A DNA stretch of 64,000 nt from Enoplolaimus lenunculus. Its lineage: Eukaryota. The stretch covers positions 248,001 to 312,000 of the forward strand of contig JASANG010002125.1 of the NCBI GenBank assembly GCA_030248215.1, written 5' to 3'. Of this stretch, positions 63,635 to 64,000 are shown piece after piece (position 1 is the stretch's first letter; every line of letters begins with the position of its first letter). The notes below the pieces were generated by a model, which was not told where the DNA came from, made no database searches, and saw only the letters and a program-made list of their open reading frames with translations. Both the position numbers and the translations under genes were made by a program.

Positions 63635-64000
63635 AGTTAAAATTAGGCGGGAAATAACAATTTTAGCGAGAAAATTCAAATTTTGGCGGGAAATTCAAAT
63701 TTTAGCAGGAAAATCAAGCGTTATCGTGAAATTAAAATTTTGGCGGGAGAACTTAAATTTTTGTGCGATAATTTGAATTTTTGTGAGAAATTCAAATTTT
63801 GGGGGAAAAATTCTAATTTTGGCGGGAGAATTTGAATTTTGGCGGGAAATTCAACTTTTTTCGGGACATTCAAATTTTGGCGGGGAAATTTAAATTTTGG
63901 TGGGAACATTCAAGTTTTGGCGGAAATATTCAAATTTTGGCGGGAGAATTTAAATTTTAGCGGGAAATTCAAATTTTGGCGGGAAATTAAAATTTTGCTG
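63635..64000. repeat. 19-20-bp satellite (GGCGGGAAATTCAAATTTT), running off the window end
   Basis: Direct inspection. Confidence 0.9.

Noticed and set aside
1..64000. Autonomous transposase or reverse-transcriptase gene, or a true chromosome end
   Set aside because: No long ORF with DDE or RT motifs was seen; the TTAGGC tracts are short, internal and in both orientations.

Overview
AT-rich eukaryotic DNA, most likely from a nematode with a large, repeat-rich genome. This is inferred from abundant TTAGGC telomere-type repeats, TTTCAG-type splice acceptors and a nematode-style PAN domain. Manual splicing recovers the following genes. (1) The 3' end of a PAN/apple + TSP1-like gene (+, 501-2687). 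(2) A low-complexity orphan gene or gene pair (+, 18308-21808 and 37118-38919). (3) A 5-exon p24/TMED (GOLD) gene with an unusual prohormone-like luminal extension (-, 41399-49544). (4) A complete 13-exon SEC14L2-like CRAL-TRIO+GOLD gene with one GC-AG intron (-, 53948-61650). Much of the rest is non-autonomous DNA transposons (MITEs) and tandem repeats; no transposase or reverse-transcriptase ORF was recognised. The most striking patterns are a MITE superfamily (GG termini, 8-bp TSD) that disperses telomeric TTAGGC tracts, a piggyBac-type MITE carrying a tRNA-like Pol III cassette with an amplified 58/52-bp array, and the YGG/dibasic-rich extension on the p24 protein. All calls are by eye; no database searches were run.
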